Source of the DNA: an uncultured cyanobacterium | GTDB taxonomy: Bacteria; Cyanobacteriota; Cyanobacteriia; Leptolyngbyales; Leptolyngbyaceae | Assembly: GCA_963766075.1 (NCBI GenBank) | Contig: CAVYAN010000036.1 | Span: forward strand, 1 to 11,949 | Direction: 5' to 3' | Length of the DNA: 11,949 nucleotides | Shown here: positions 1 through 8,801 of the stretch, in pieces | How the letters are laid out: each line of letters starts with the position of its first letter | How positions within the stretch are numbered: position 1 is the first letter of the stretch | Position numbers and translations under genes: made by a program | The notes under the pieces: model-generated | Databases searched by the model: none | The model's input: the letters and a program-made list of their open reading frames with translations, nothing else | What the model was told of the DNA's origin: nothing

Positions 1-124
1 GTATCATAATCGTCTCTTCCCCCTGCCCAATCAATGTCAGCAATAAAATAGCGAGATTGAGGAATCGGTTCGAGACTCTCAGGGATGCCGTCCTCAAAGA
101 GTCTGAAGTTTTGTGCTCTAGGTG

Positions 125-461
125 CGCCCAAAATACGACGCAGCTCTCCCCAGGGTTTGATCTAGCCAAGTATCGTGAGAGTTTGCAGTGCAGCTATGGG
201 CATTTGAAGCTGTATGCGATCGACAGTACAGATCGTGGCGATGCGATCAAGTTCTGGAGTATGTTTATTGAACAGACGGTGCGAGAGGCGCTGCTGCCGA
301 CACGGTATGAGGTGCCGTTGGATGTGAAGCAGCAATTGTAGGCGGCGGGCCAGCTCGAGACGGATTTGGCGGCGGAGGCGTTGGAGCAGTATCGCAGTGA
401 GTATTTTCAGCAACCGGCACGGAAGGTGTTAGCGGTTGGGCACTGGTCTGTTAAGGAATGA
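125..461 (+). pseudogene. Remnant of a cyanobacterial NACHT (STAND NTPase) protein, pre-NTPase region; internal stop, truncated before the Walker A motif
   Basis: The frame of ORF 57..341 (PGFDLAKYRESLQCSYGHLKL...FIEQTVREAL) continues past TAG 339-341 as AAGQLETDLAAEALEQYRSEYFQQPARKVL to TGA 459-461. This resembles the region just before the P-loop in cyanobacterial NACHT/HEAT proteins (recalled similarity). The 5' boundary is approximate. Confidence 0.6.
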
Positions 462-661
462 GGGATGAAAAGCCCCGCTTCGTCAAGAGTTCCTCGATTG
501 AGAGCCGTCGATTACAGTAGCCCATCGCCATCGCTGGAGTGGTACCTTGGGCTAATCCCCAGTGCGGTCTGACCCAGCAAATATCCTCCGGCAGAGCCGG
601 AGGCTTTAGCATATGTGAGCCGCTCGAAGCGGCAAAACTAGCACCCCCTGAAAGGGGCAGA

Positions 662-1096
662 CTACTCCTCGAATAGATTCATCTGATCCAGACGCCGATC
701 CTCTTTCTCTTGATTCTGAATGTACTGACGGACTATTTCCTCGTCACGTCCCACCGTTGAGACATAATATCCTCGCGCCCAAAAACTTTGTCCGGTAAAG
801 TTCTTGCGACGACCCATATACGTCCGGGCGATGTTGATCGCACTCTTGCCCTTGATAAATCCCACCACCTGAGACACCGAGTACTTCGGCGGAATCGAGA
901 TCAGCATGTGCACATGATCGGACATCAAATGCTCTTCTTCAATCCGACATTCCTTTTGAGCGGCTAAGTCTCGGAACAAACTCCCTAAATGCTGACGTAG
1001 CTCATAGTACAACGCCTTTTTGCGATACTTGGGAATAAATACCACATGATATTTGCACTCCCATTTCGTATGACTTAAACTGCCGGTATCTTTCAT
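662..1096 (-). CDS. tnpA: IS200/IS605 Y1 HUH transposase TnpA (144 aa)
   Basis: MKDTGSLSHTKWECKYHVVFIPKYR, HUH motif DHVHM, FWARGY and catalytic YIQNQ. The ATG at 1096 gives the typical length. Confidence 0.93.
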   Translation of the reverse strand: MKDTGSLSHTKWECKYHVVFIPKYRKKALYYELRQHLGSLFRDLAAQKECRIEEEHLMSDHVHMLISIPPKYSVSQVVGFIKGKSAINIARTYMGRRKNFTGQSFWARGYYVSTVGRDEEIVRQYIQNQEKEDRRLDQMNLFEE

Positions 1097-1099
1097 TTT

Positions 1100-1144
1100 G
1101 AGTCTCTGGCACATGAACCACATCTGTTCATGTGCCAGAGACTC
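1100..1144 (-). promoter_or_regulatory. Perfect 19-bp hairpin in the tnpA 5' leader
   Basis: GAGTCTCTGGCACATGAAC (1100-1118), 7-nt loop, GTTCATGTGCCAGAGACTC (1126-1144). It ends 3 nt from the ATG and so covers the RBS region. Confidence 0.75.
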
Positions 1145-1219
1145 TTCCCTAAATTCCCGGAACTGTCAAACCGTGTTAGTCCCCCAGCAGATCTGGGGGG
1201 TTTATCAGGTGTAATCACT

Positions 1220-2251
1220 TTAAAACGTAATTGTCCAGCCTTCGCGTTGAGCCTGCTGACCGGTGTAAGACACCCCATGCACCTTTAACCCAGTCGAGTT
1301 GAGCAAAGTGATGATGCCACCGTTGTTCCCCAGTTGCAGGGTTTGCGGTAGGGCCACAACCCGCGTGGTGCCCGCTGCCAGGGTGCCAGCCAGGGTGTGC
1401 TTATTCTTTAAGCGATCGGCGATAGCCCAACCGGTCAGGTCAATGGCATTCGGTGATGTGTTCAGCAGGGTAACGGTTTCGGCTTCGGGCGATGGGCCGG
1501 TGGGATTGACCAGGGCAGCTATGATCTGAACGACCAGATCGGGTTCCCCTGGAATGGGCAGATGTTTGGGGTCGGGCTTTCCTGGGGTCGGTATCGGTGT
1601 GCCAATCCTATGCCCAGTTTTATCGTCGGTATGCCAGGTTTGGGATTGAAACTTCAGGAAGACGCCCACCCAACGGTTTTCTGAGGGAAAGTGGATCAGC
1701 AGCGCGCCATCCTGCCAAACGCCATCGTCTTTCTGAAACTTGGCGTCATTGCCCTGGTTCATGTGGATGTCGTGGATGCCATTCCCTGGCAGGAAGCCAA
1801 AGATTTTATCTTTGATGTCGCCTTCTGGTCCCCAGCGTTGCCCAAACGCATAAATCAAGGCTTCCTCGTCTGAGAGGGCACGTTGGATATATTTGTCAAT
1901 TTTTTCATTCAGATCGTTATCAGGCCCCGGCACTTGAAACGGAATTGGGATCATCTTGGTGCGATCAAAGAGATTGCTGCGGATGAAGTCGATCGCCAAG
2001 GCTCCAGGCTGACTCACCAGCGGCTTGAACCCTAAGGGCAGAGCCAGTAAATCCGTGGTGACGGGATGCTGAAAATTTTCATCAACCAGATATTCCAACT
2101 CAGAGGGGTTGGTTTGGGATTTGACATTCACCGCAATGCGGTAATCGGTTGTGTTATCGACCAGATGGATGTGGTAGTGAGCATTGGCTGTGACAGCCAG
2201 TCTCCGGTCTACAGGGCGGCCTTTGAGCACGCCATAGTCCTTCAGCGGCAT
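1220..2251 (-). CDS. YukJ/DUF2278 family protein with C-terminal lamin-tail-like (LTD) domain
   Basis: N-terminal MPLKDYGVLKG, YRIAVNVKS, GIHDIHMNQGN and DDGVWQDGAL motifs. A Pro-rich linker is followed by IIAALVNP..ETVTLLN..IDLTGWAIAD..LGNNGGIITL (LTD-like). GGAGA RBS upstream. Confidence 0.85.
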   Translation of the reverse strand: MPLKDYGVLKGRPVDRRLAVTANAHYHIHLVDNTTDYRIAVNVKSQTNPSELEYLVDENFQHPVTTDLLALPLGFKPLVSQPGALAIDFIRSNLFDRTKMIPIPFQVPGPDNDLNEKIDKYIQRALSDEEALIYAFGQRWGPEGDIKDKIFGFLPGNGIHDIHMNQGNDAKFQKDDGVWQDGALLIHFPSENRWVGVFLKFQSQTWHTDDKTGHRIGTPIPTPGKPDPKHLPIPGEPDLVVQIIAALVNPTGPSPEAETVTLLNTSPNAIDLTGWAIADRLKNKHTLAGTLAAGTTRVVALPQTLQLGNNGGIITLLNSTGLKVHGVSYTGQQAQREGWTITF

Positions 2252-2475
2252 ATCGTTCTCCTATCAAAGCAGGGGGCGCGTCCGTTCGTCATGTCTTTAG
2301 CTTTAACTGTAGAAGGTGCACCAGGACTTTGGTAGTACCCAGGTGGGTACCGTATCTCGATGAGCTTGGCCGCATATTGAGCTGGAGGGGCCATGGCGCA
2401 TCAGTCGAAGGAGCGATCGCGGCACTTAAAACTCGGCAAGGTGGAGGACACGCCGGAGTAGGGGCGATCGCGCCA

Positions 2476-2817
2476 ACCATATGGTTAAGGATTCTTGGGC
2501 GCGGTGGCACGCAGGAGCGGGCAATTCGGGAGGTGTTGGCTCTACCACCAGACTTTCCTCAGCGCAATATAATTTTGCGCCTACTGGCTTCGTGGAAAAT
2601 TAGAATGGATCTAAGCGAGTTGATGGATTTTGCCGAACCGGGGGAAATTATGGCATTGTCAGAAGCATTCTTGGCATGGGAACAACAGAAAGAACAACAG
2701 ACTCGGGAGACGATCGCGCTTAACTTGCTCAAGCAAGGAATTGAGATCGAAGCAATTGCCCAAGCAACGGGTCTCACCATTGAACAACTTCAGCAACTCC
2801 AAGCGGCGACTAATTAA
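2476..2817 (+). pseudogene. C-terminal fragment of a cyanobacterial Rpn/YhgA-like conserved hypothetical protein
   Basis: TIWLRILGRGGTQERAIREVLALP...IALNLLKQGIEIEAIAQATGLTIEQLQQL, ending in a typical C-terminal HTH-like tail. The upstream part of ORF 2329 does not look homologous. Confidence 0.6.
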
Positions 2818-2827
2818 GCAAGAACAC

Positions 2828-3082
2828 CTACACCAGCTTTGCCTCATGCTTGTCCATCGGATCGATTCCTGATTTCCTCACCTGCTTGATCATCGCCGCA
2901 AGCTTTGCCATCGCCAGGGGCGACACCGTCGCCCGTTTGTTCTCCCAGCGGTTCACCGTCGGAAAGCTCACCCCCACCTGGGCGGCAAATTTCTCCTGGG
3001 CCAGTCCCAGGGCTTGTCGGAGATCGCGGATCAGATCGCCCAGTTCGGGCTGTTGCAGGGCGGGGGGGGTGGCGTGAGTCAT
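2828..3082 (-). CDS. XRE/Cro-family helix-turn-helix transcriptional regulator
   Basis: LIRDLRQALGLAQEKFAAQVGVSFPTVNRWEN is an HTH_3 signature. Confidence 0.88.
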   Translation of the reverse strand: MTHATPPALQQPELGDLIRDLRQALGLAQEKFAAQVGVSFPTVNRWENKRATVSPLAMAKLAAMIKQVRKSGIDPMDKHEAKLV

Positions 3083-3269
3083 GGCGGCAAAAGATGTAGA
3101 GGGTTAGCTTTTGGGTCGTTGAAACCGCAGAGTTCGCTATAACGCCCATCATGACCGTTGACGTTTTGCAGTTTCCGGAGCGATCTCCGCAGCGGATGAA
3201 TCTCAGGGAGAACGTCAGTCATAAATCACGCTGTAACAGAAGCAACCATTATCCCCTCGGCAGAGCACT

Positions 3270-3693
3270 ATGGCAGATCCAATCACCACCCTGACCGCTA
3301 GCGCGATCGCTACCCTGGCTTTTCAAAAGTTCATTGAATCCCATTGAATCCGGCGCGGGGGAACTGGCCAAGAAATTTACTGAAGCAGCGATCGCCAAAA
3401 TGGATGACCTCCACCAGAAAATCTGGGCAAAGCTGCGCGGCAATCCTGTAGCTGAAACAGCTCTGACCAGTGTGGAACAAGGCTCCAAAGCCGACCTCAA
3501 CAAAATCGCTACCTATCTGCAAGTGGCGATGCTCGAAGACCCCGCCTTTGACGCTGAAATCCGGGCGATCGCCCATGAAATTACCCTGGAGCAACACCAG
3601 GACAACAGCAGCATGAACCAAACCAACTACGGCGGTACCAACTATCAAACCAAGACTGGACCCGACAACACCAACTTCTTCGGCGGCACCCAT
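3270..3693 (+). pseudogene. Small helical Bell-like protein with N/Q/G/T-rich C-terminal tail; frameshifted and 3'-fused to IS630
   Basis: ATG 3270 reads MADPITTLTASAIATLAFQKFIES. Removing one copy of the 10-bp duplication joins it to GAGELAKKFTEAA...SSMNQTNYGGTNYQTKTGPDNTNFFGGTH. Confidence 0.7.
3332..3351 (+). repeat. 10-bp tandem duplication CATTGAATCC x2 causing a frameshift
   Basis: 3332-3341 and 3342-3351 are identical. Confidence 0.95.
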
Positions 3694-3937
3694 CGCATCA
3701 TATTTCATTTCACCCCCAAACATTGTTCCTGGCTCAATCAGATTGAAATTTGGTTTGGCATCTTGATGCAGAAGTTACTCAAACGGGGTAATTTCTTGAG
3801 TCAGGCGGACTTAAAAGCTCGTATCCTGGCCTTCGTCGATTATTTCAACCGCACCATGGCTAAGCCGTTTCAATGGACTGATAAGGGTAAGGCGCTCGCG
3901 GCCTGAATGGTGTGTAGACTTCCGCCGAAGGCTACTA
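3688..3937 (+). mobile_element. IS630 family remnant (transposase C-terminus and right end)
   Basis: HRIIFHFTPKHCSWLNQIEIWF...YFNRTMAKPFQWT, stop at 3904-3906, then a short tail ending CTAC-TA (TA at 3936-3937, the typical IS630 target). Confidence 0.85.
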
Positions 3938-4175
3938 GATACATCAAAGTTTTCTGTGCCTCAACTGGATCCACAATACTCAAGGCAAATCCAACATGCA
4001 CAATGACATAATCGCCAATGGTAGCTTCTGGGACATAGGCGAGACTCACGTGCTTGATGATGCCGCCAAAACTTACCTTTCCTGTGCGGCGGAGACCAGC
4101 ATCTTCTGCTGATGTACTTTCGTCCTGTAGCGGTTCATCAATACTGATCAGTTGTCCGGGAATGGCTAAGCACAT
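3870..4175 (-). CDS. hypC: Hydrogenase maturation chaperone HypC; native 3' end probably replaced by IS630 sequence
   Basis: MCLAIPG...VSLAYVPEATIGDYVIVHVGFALS..D..EAQKTL, with GAGGA RBS upstream of ATG 4175. After YL (~3936) the frame runs through the IS630 remnant. Confidence 0.9.
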   Translation of the reverse strand: MCLAIPGQLISIDEPLQDESTSAEDAGLRRTGKVSFGGIIKHVSLAYVPEATIGDYVIVHVGFALSIVDPVEAQKTLMYLVAFGGSLHTIQAASALPLSVH

Positions 4176-4189
4176 ATGGGTTGATTCCT

Positions 4190-6636
4190 CTAATGCTCCT
4201 TGATACTGGTTGACGGGTGTTTTAACCAACGCAGTGCGGCAATAATTTGCCCCACGGAAATCCCCCCATCATTACTGGGGAGCTGACGATGACAGCCAAC
4301 TGAAAAGCCCTGCTTTTGTAAGTGATGAATTGCGCGCTCTAATAAGTATCGATTTTGAAAACAGCCTCCGGTCAAGACAATTTTTTCTATCTCTGGATAC
4401 TGGCTTCTTAGCCGATCGGCGATTTCAACCAGACCGGACACTAGGGTGTTATGGAATATCGCCGAAATCATCGCTGGGGATATCTGCTCTTGTAGATCTT
4501 GGAGAATCGCCTGCACCATGGGCGCATAGTTGAATTGTAAAGTGAGATCGGACTGTTGTTCGATTTGGAAAGGATACGTCACATCAGTGGTATGGCCCGC
4601 GATCGCTGCTTCGAGTTGCATGGCCGCTTGGCCTTCAAAGCTGGCTTGGGGGCAGAGTCCCAACAGCGCGGCGATCGCATCAAATAAGCGGCCCATGCTG
4701 GAGGTGCGCGGCGTATTCAAGTCCTGCTGGAGCATCGTTTTGAAGATAGCTAATTCTGCGGGCAAGAACGACGGCAAGAGCGCCAAGTTCAACGGGTCAA
4801 AGGCGGACTCGCCCAGACATTCGTAGAGTAGCCCCAAGGCACAGCGGCGGGGTTCTTTAACGGATTGGGCACCACCCAGTAACGGAAAAGTCCGGAGATG
4901 CGCGGCGCGGATAAATCCCACATCAGGCCATGATTCGGCGGGTAGCCAGAGAAATTCGCCGCCCCAAATGGTGCCATCTAACCCATAGCCAGTGCCATCC
5001 CAGGCGATTCCCAGGACGGGGGGTTGCCATTGCTGATCGACCAAACCCGACAATACGTGGGCGTAATGATGCTGTACCACAATCAGTTGGGGACTGGGTG
5101 CCGCCGCCGGTGCAGGGAAGCAGGGCTGGCCCGAATCCGGCGATGTGGCTAAGGTGTGGGCAAATTGAGTGGAATAGTAGTCGGGATGAGCATCACAAGC
5201 GATGACAGTGGGTGTTGTGCGATAGAGACTACAGAGGTGTTGAATGGTTGCTTGGAAGCGATCACGGGTTGCCACCTGATCCAGATCCCCCAGGTGTTGG
5301 CTCACCCAGAGTTGCTGATGGGCGTATAAGGCCACGGTGCTTTTCAGATGCCCCCCAACCGCCAAAATCACCTCCTGGCTGGTAGCGCTAAACTCCGTGG
5401 GCAGGGCGATCTGGCAAGGGCGCATATCCACGGGCACGGCGAAGTAACTGGGCTTGCCCCTGCACTACCTGCACAATTGAGTCATCAACGGCTTGGGCAA
5501 TGGGGCGATTATGCACCAGGAAGACATCGGCAATCTCGCCTAGGGTTTTCAGTGCCTGCCTTTCATCGATGCAAATCGGTTCATCGGAGCGGTTCCCGCT
5601 CGTCGCCACCACGGGAAAATCGAGTTCTGCCAGGAGCAAATGATGCAGTGGCGTGGAGGGGAGCATGACCCCCAAATGGGGATTGTCTGGGGCGATCGCA
5701 GCGGCGAGTAAAGTGGTTCCGGGTGGGTCATGCACCGGCAGGAGCACAATCGGGGCTGCCGCTGATTGCAAAATTTGGGCGGCCAACGAATTGACACGGC
5801 AATCTGCCCGCACCCGAGCCAAGGAGGGAAACATCACGGCTAAAGGTTTATGGGGACGATGCTTGCGATCTCGCAGCCTTTGGACAGCGGCAGCATTTCG
5901 CGCATCCACCATTAAATGAAACCCACCTAAACCCTTGAGCGCGAGAATTTGACCCGTTCGCACGGCGGCCACTGCTTGCCGTAACGCTTCATCCGCAGCC
6001 ACCATCACCTGACCAGAACCATCCCATAGTTCTAGATGGGGACCACAACGAGGGCAAGCATTGGGTTGGGCATGGAAACGGCGATCGTGGGGAGTGGCAA
6101 TACTCCGCCTGACAATCCGGACAAAGCGGAAACCCTTGGAGTGTGGTATTGGCGCGATCATAGGGCAGCGATCGCACAATGCTAAACCGAGGCCCACAGT
6201 GGGTGCAGTTGGTAAAGGGATAGCGGTAATGGCGATTGGCGGGGTTAAAAATATCCGCCAGACAAGCGGAACAAGTCGCCAAATCCGGCAGAATCAAGGC
6301 TGAGGTGGGCTGGACAGCGGATGACTCGTCCGAGACCAAAATGGCAAAGTCTGGATCGCCCACGGCCCCGACCTCAATCACTTCAACCTTATGCAGATGG
6401 GCATGGATCGGTTTCTCACTCTGCAACCGGGTTTGAAACGCCTGGAGGTGGGAAATGGTGCCCTCCACCTGAATTAAAACCCCTTGAGGAGTATTACGAA
6501 TCCACCCGGTTAAGCCCAGACTTGTCGCCAAGTGGTAAACAAAAGGTCGAAATCCCACGCCCTGCACGGCCCCTTCAATCCGGAGTTGGAGGCGATGTGT
6601 GTGAGTCGGAGAGCCAGCCGGATCGGAAATCATCAT
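4190..6636 (-). pseudogene. hypF: Carbamoyltransferase HypF split by two +1 frameshifts (~6089-6101 and ~5411-5412)
   Basis: Acylphosphatase motif GAVQGVGFRPFVY and Zn fingers lie in ORF 5989..6636. RRFHAQPNACPRCGP, KGLGGFHL and RRARGYAP lie in ORF 5388..6197. QHHYAH, WDGTGYG, SSMGRLFD, GGCFQN and NDGGISVGQ lie in ORF 4190..5437. 2447 nt minus 2 gives 815 codons. Confidence 0.93.
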
Positions 6637-6642
6637 TGCGCC

Positions 6643-7524
6643 TTACTGCACTGTAATTTCAGGGGGCACAACTGGAGGAATTGCTGCCATGAGACGGTTA
6701 TACCAAGACTCTAACCCCACGCCAGTGCGGGCAGAAACTTCAAAGATCTGAGATTGGGGAGCCACTCGCCGGATATTGGCGATCGCCAAATCCAGATCAC
6801 AGCCCACGGCCTCGACCACATCCACTTTACTCACCAAAACAATATCCGCTGTTTTGAACATCGTCGGATATTTCAGCGGCTTATCTTCCCCCTCAGTGAC
6901 GGACAAAACAACGACTCGCAACGTTTCCCCTAGATCATAGCTGGCCGGACAAACCAAGTTACCCACATTCTCAATCACCAATAAATTAAGCCCGTGCCAA
7001 TCCAAACATTGCATGGCTTGGGCGACCATGTCGGCTTCCAGATGGCAGGCGGTACCCGTCGTAATTTGCACTGCTGGGGCACCGGCCTGACGCAGGCGTT
7101 GGGCATCATGATCGGTGGCTAAATCCCCGACAATGACGGCCATGGTCACGGGGGTGCCGCTGTGGGGATGGCGGCGTTGGGGTAAATCCTGCGCGAGGCG
7201 TTCAATCAGTGCGGTTTTGCCCGCACCGGGGGATGACAGGAGATTGAGGGTTAAGACGTGGCGATCGCGGAAAAAATTACGGTTCTGTTCAGCCATCCGG
7301 TCATTCTTTGCCAGAATCCCTTGATGAATAGAAATGGTCTGGGTGAGGTGAGGCGGCTGATGGCTATGATCATGATCATGTCGGTCATCCGCATGATCAT
7401 GATGACTGGGGGAATGGGGATGAGAATGGTCGTGGGCATGATGATGGGGAGAGCGCGGAGCGGGTCGGATAACGCCATCGATCGCCACTCCAGTGACTTC
7501 ACTACAACCGCAATCTTGACACAT
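6643..7524 (-). CDS. hypB: Hydrogenase nickel incorporation GTPase HypB (293 aa)
   Basis: MCQDCGC N-terminus, His-rich linker, SSPGAGKT P-loop, [14 protein letters not shown] and [10 protein letters not shown]. Starts 1 nt after the hypA stop. Confidence 0.96.
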   Translation of the reverse strand: MCQDCGCSEVTGVAIDGVIRPAPRSPHHHAHDHSHPHSPSHHDHADDRHDHDHSHQPPHLTQTISIHQGILAKNDRMAEQNRNFFRDRHVLTLNLLSSPGAGKTALIERLAQDLPQRRHPHSGTPVTMAVIVGDLATDHDAQRLRQAGAPAVQITTGTACHLEADMVAQAMQCLDWHGLNLLVIENVGNLVCPASYDLGETLRVVVLSVTEGEDKPLKYPTMFKTADIVLVSKVDVVEAVGCDLDLAIANIRRVAPQSQIFEVSARTGVGLESWYNRLMAAIPPVVPPEITVQ

Positions 7525-7525
7525 G

Positions 7526-7867
7526 TTAAGAAACCTCCAAGGAAACCAGTTCGAGGTCGCGCCCCTGATGCAGCTCGGTGCAAAGCTGATGGCAACCGGG
7601 GCATTCATAAATCCAATCAGTGGGTGAAAAGTCTTGTTGACAGGTGGAACAATGGCAAATGGCTGGAATGGATTTGATCTCCAGTTGGGCGGTTTCGGCG
7701 ATCGTGCCTTGCACCACCACCTCAAAGGCAAACTGCAAGGCTTCTGGAATCACCCCCGACAATTGACCGACCCGGAGGGTGAGCCGATGGATGCGACTCG
7801 CGCCCTGTTGCTGAGCATAACCCAGAGCTAGCTCCAGCGTGTTTTCTAACAGACTTACTTCATGCAT
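7526..7867 (-). CDS. hypA: Hydrogenase maturation nickel metallochaperone HypA
   Basis: MHE N-terminus, VGQLSGV.PEAL.FAF, two CxxC motifs (CSTC, CPGC) and GRDLEL. Confidence 0.96.
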   Translation of the reverse strand: MHEVSLLENTLELALGYAQQQGASRIHRLTLRVGQLSGVIPEALQFAFEVVVQGTIAETAQLEIKSIPAICHCSTCQQDFSPTDWIYECPGCHQLCTELHQGRDLELVSLEVS

Positions 7868-7930
7868 GACTCAGTTATGGTGACCCTACCTTATAGCTTA
7901 AGGCAGCCGATGGCCTTTCACCATTTCTGC

Positions 7931-8113
7931 CTATGCCGCGAGGATTTCAGCGGCAGCGGCGGGGATGTTTTCTAATACCGCCACCAAGGAATCGACTTGG
8001 GCTGGGCTGAATACACCTTCGGGGCCTTGGGCGTTGATGTCGGTGAAGGGAGACTCATAGAGCAAACTCGGCGACATCATGCCGTGGTGAGTCAAGTGAT
8101 CGATGATGAGATT
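7931..8113 (-). pseudogene. C-terminal remnant of a type I restriction R subunit (EcoEI_R_C-like domain)
   Basis: [43 protein letters not shown] resembles the extreme C-terminus of EcoKI/EcoEI-type HsdR proteins (recalled similarity). Confidence 0.75.
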
Positions 8114-8623
8114 ACTGAACCACTCTGCACTTTCAGTGCAGAGGTTCCTTAAAGGGCTAAAGCCCAGGTTAAACTGTTCCAGCAAAAAGTTATCCCGCTC
8201 CTGATTCGACGGATTGCGGTGATGCTCCAAGTACTCCGCAACCATTTCTTCCGTCAGATTCCCCGTACTCCAGGCTCCATATCCAATCGCCCAGAAATGC
8301 TTACCCCAGTAACGCCGTTGCAAATCCGGATATTCCTGCTGTAACAGCCGAGAGGTCCGGCCTTTGAACCGTTTGACCAGATCACTCACCGATGCCGATG
8401 GCGGATACTCGATATGCATGTGCACATGATTCTTACTGACCACGCCTTTCAGAATTTTCACATCCTCCGCGTCACAGATTTGCATGATCAACTCTCGACA
8501 TCGCTTTTGGATTTCACCCGCCAAGACCGGATAACGGTACTTTGTCACCCAAACGATGTGGACCGTCAATCGGCTTACCGTGTGACTCCCTCGACGCTGT
8601 TCTGTCATAACGCTTTTAGTTCA
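8114..8623 (-). mobile_element. Second IS200/IS605 tnpA-only element; left end removed at the IS5 junction
   Basis: Right-end hairpin CTCTGCACT-TTC-AGTGCAGAG (8123-8143). Only 15 bp lie between the ATG (8608) and the IS5 IR (8624), with no left hairpin. Confidence 0.8.
8174..8608 (-). CDS. tnpA: IS200-type TnpA whose expected stop reads CAG, giving readthrough to 7931
   Basis: [15 protein letters not shown] (HUH), FWAIGY, EYLEHH and DNFLLE. Codon 145 (8174-8176) is CAG where a stop would give a 144-aa TnpA. Confidence 0.88.
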
Positions 8624-8667
8624 GAGGATGTCTGAAAAGCCCAGGTATAGCGAAGGAAGGGAAAAAG

Positions 8668-8801
8668 GGCGTTGCTGAATCGAAGTATGAATCTACATAA
8701 GTTGCAAGTTCCCTACCCCCCCAATGCTGGGGGAATTCGCTCCCCAGTTCCCCCAGCATTGGGAGCTGGGGAGCGAATTCATATCTTAATTCGGCAACGC
8801 C
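8668..8801. mobile_element. 134-bp MITE nested in the IS5 leader
   Basis: TIRs GGCGTTGCTGAATCGAAGTATGAAT and ATTCATATCTTAATTCGGCAACGCC match 20/25. Perfect 8-bp direct repeat GGAAAAAG at 8660-8667 and 8802-8809. Confidence 0.9.

Larger units (their letters stand above)
576..1205 (-). mobile_element. IS200/IS605 family element, tnpA only (IS200-like)
   Basis: HUH transposase flanked by related subterminal hairpins: CCTCCGGC-AGA-GCCGGAGG (585-603) and CCCCCAG-CAGAT-CTGGGGG (1181-1199). No room for tnpB. Ends approximate to a few bp. Confidence 0.85.

Noticed and set aside
441..575. Possible IS terminus (CACTGGTCTGTTAAGG) where NACHT similarity ends
   Set aside because: No partner inverted repeat or transposase in the window, so it cannot be supported.
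462..661. TnpB/omega-RNA associated with the IS200 element
   Set aside because: No tnpB or iscB ORF; the right-end hairpin follows tnpA within ~60 bp.
3151..3222. Imperfect inverted repeat (TGACGTT...AACGTCA) upstream of the XRE gene as an operator or res site
   Set aside because: Only a 7-bp core separated by 45 bp; too weak to call.
5388..6197. Programmed frameshifting or a naturally split hypF
   Set aside because: No clear slippery heptamer, and the breaks fall inside conserved motifs; mutation or sequencing error is simpler.
7355..7450. CATGAT-rich repeats
   Set aside because: They are codons of the His-rich HypB linker, not an independent repeat or array.
7525..7731. 69-aa N-terminal extension of HypB
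   Set aside because: It overlaps hypA in another frame; the canonical MCxxCGC start is at 7524.
1299..7831. Many short antisense or alternate-frame ORFs (e.g. 3331..3723, 4530..4826, 7258..7677)
   Set aside because: They are shadows of well-supported genes with no recognisable motifs.
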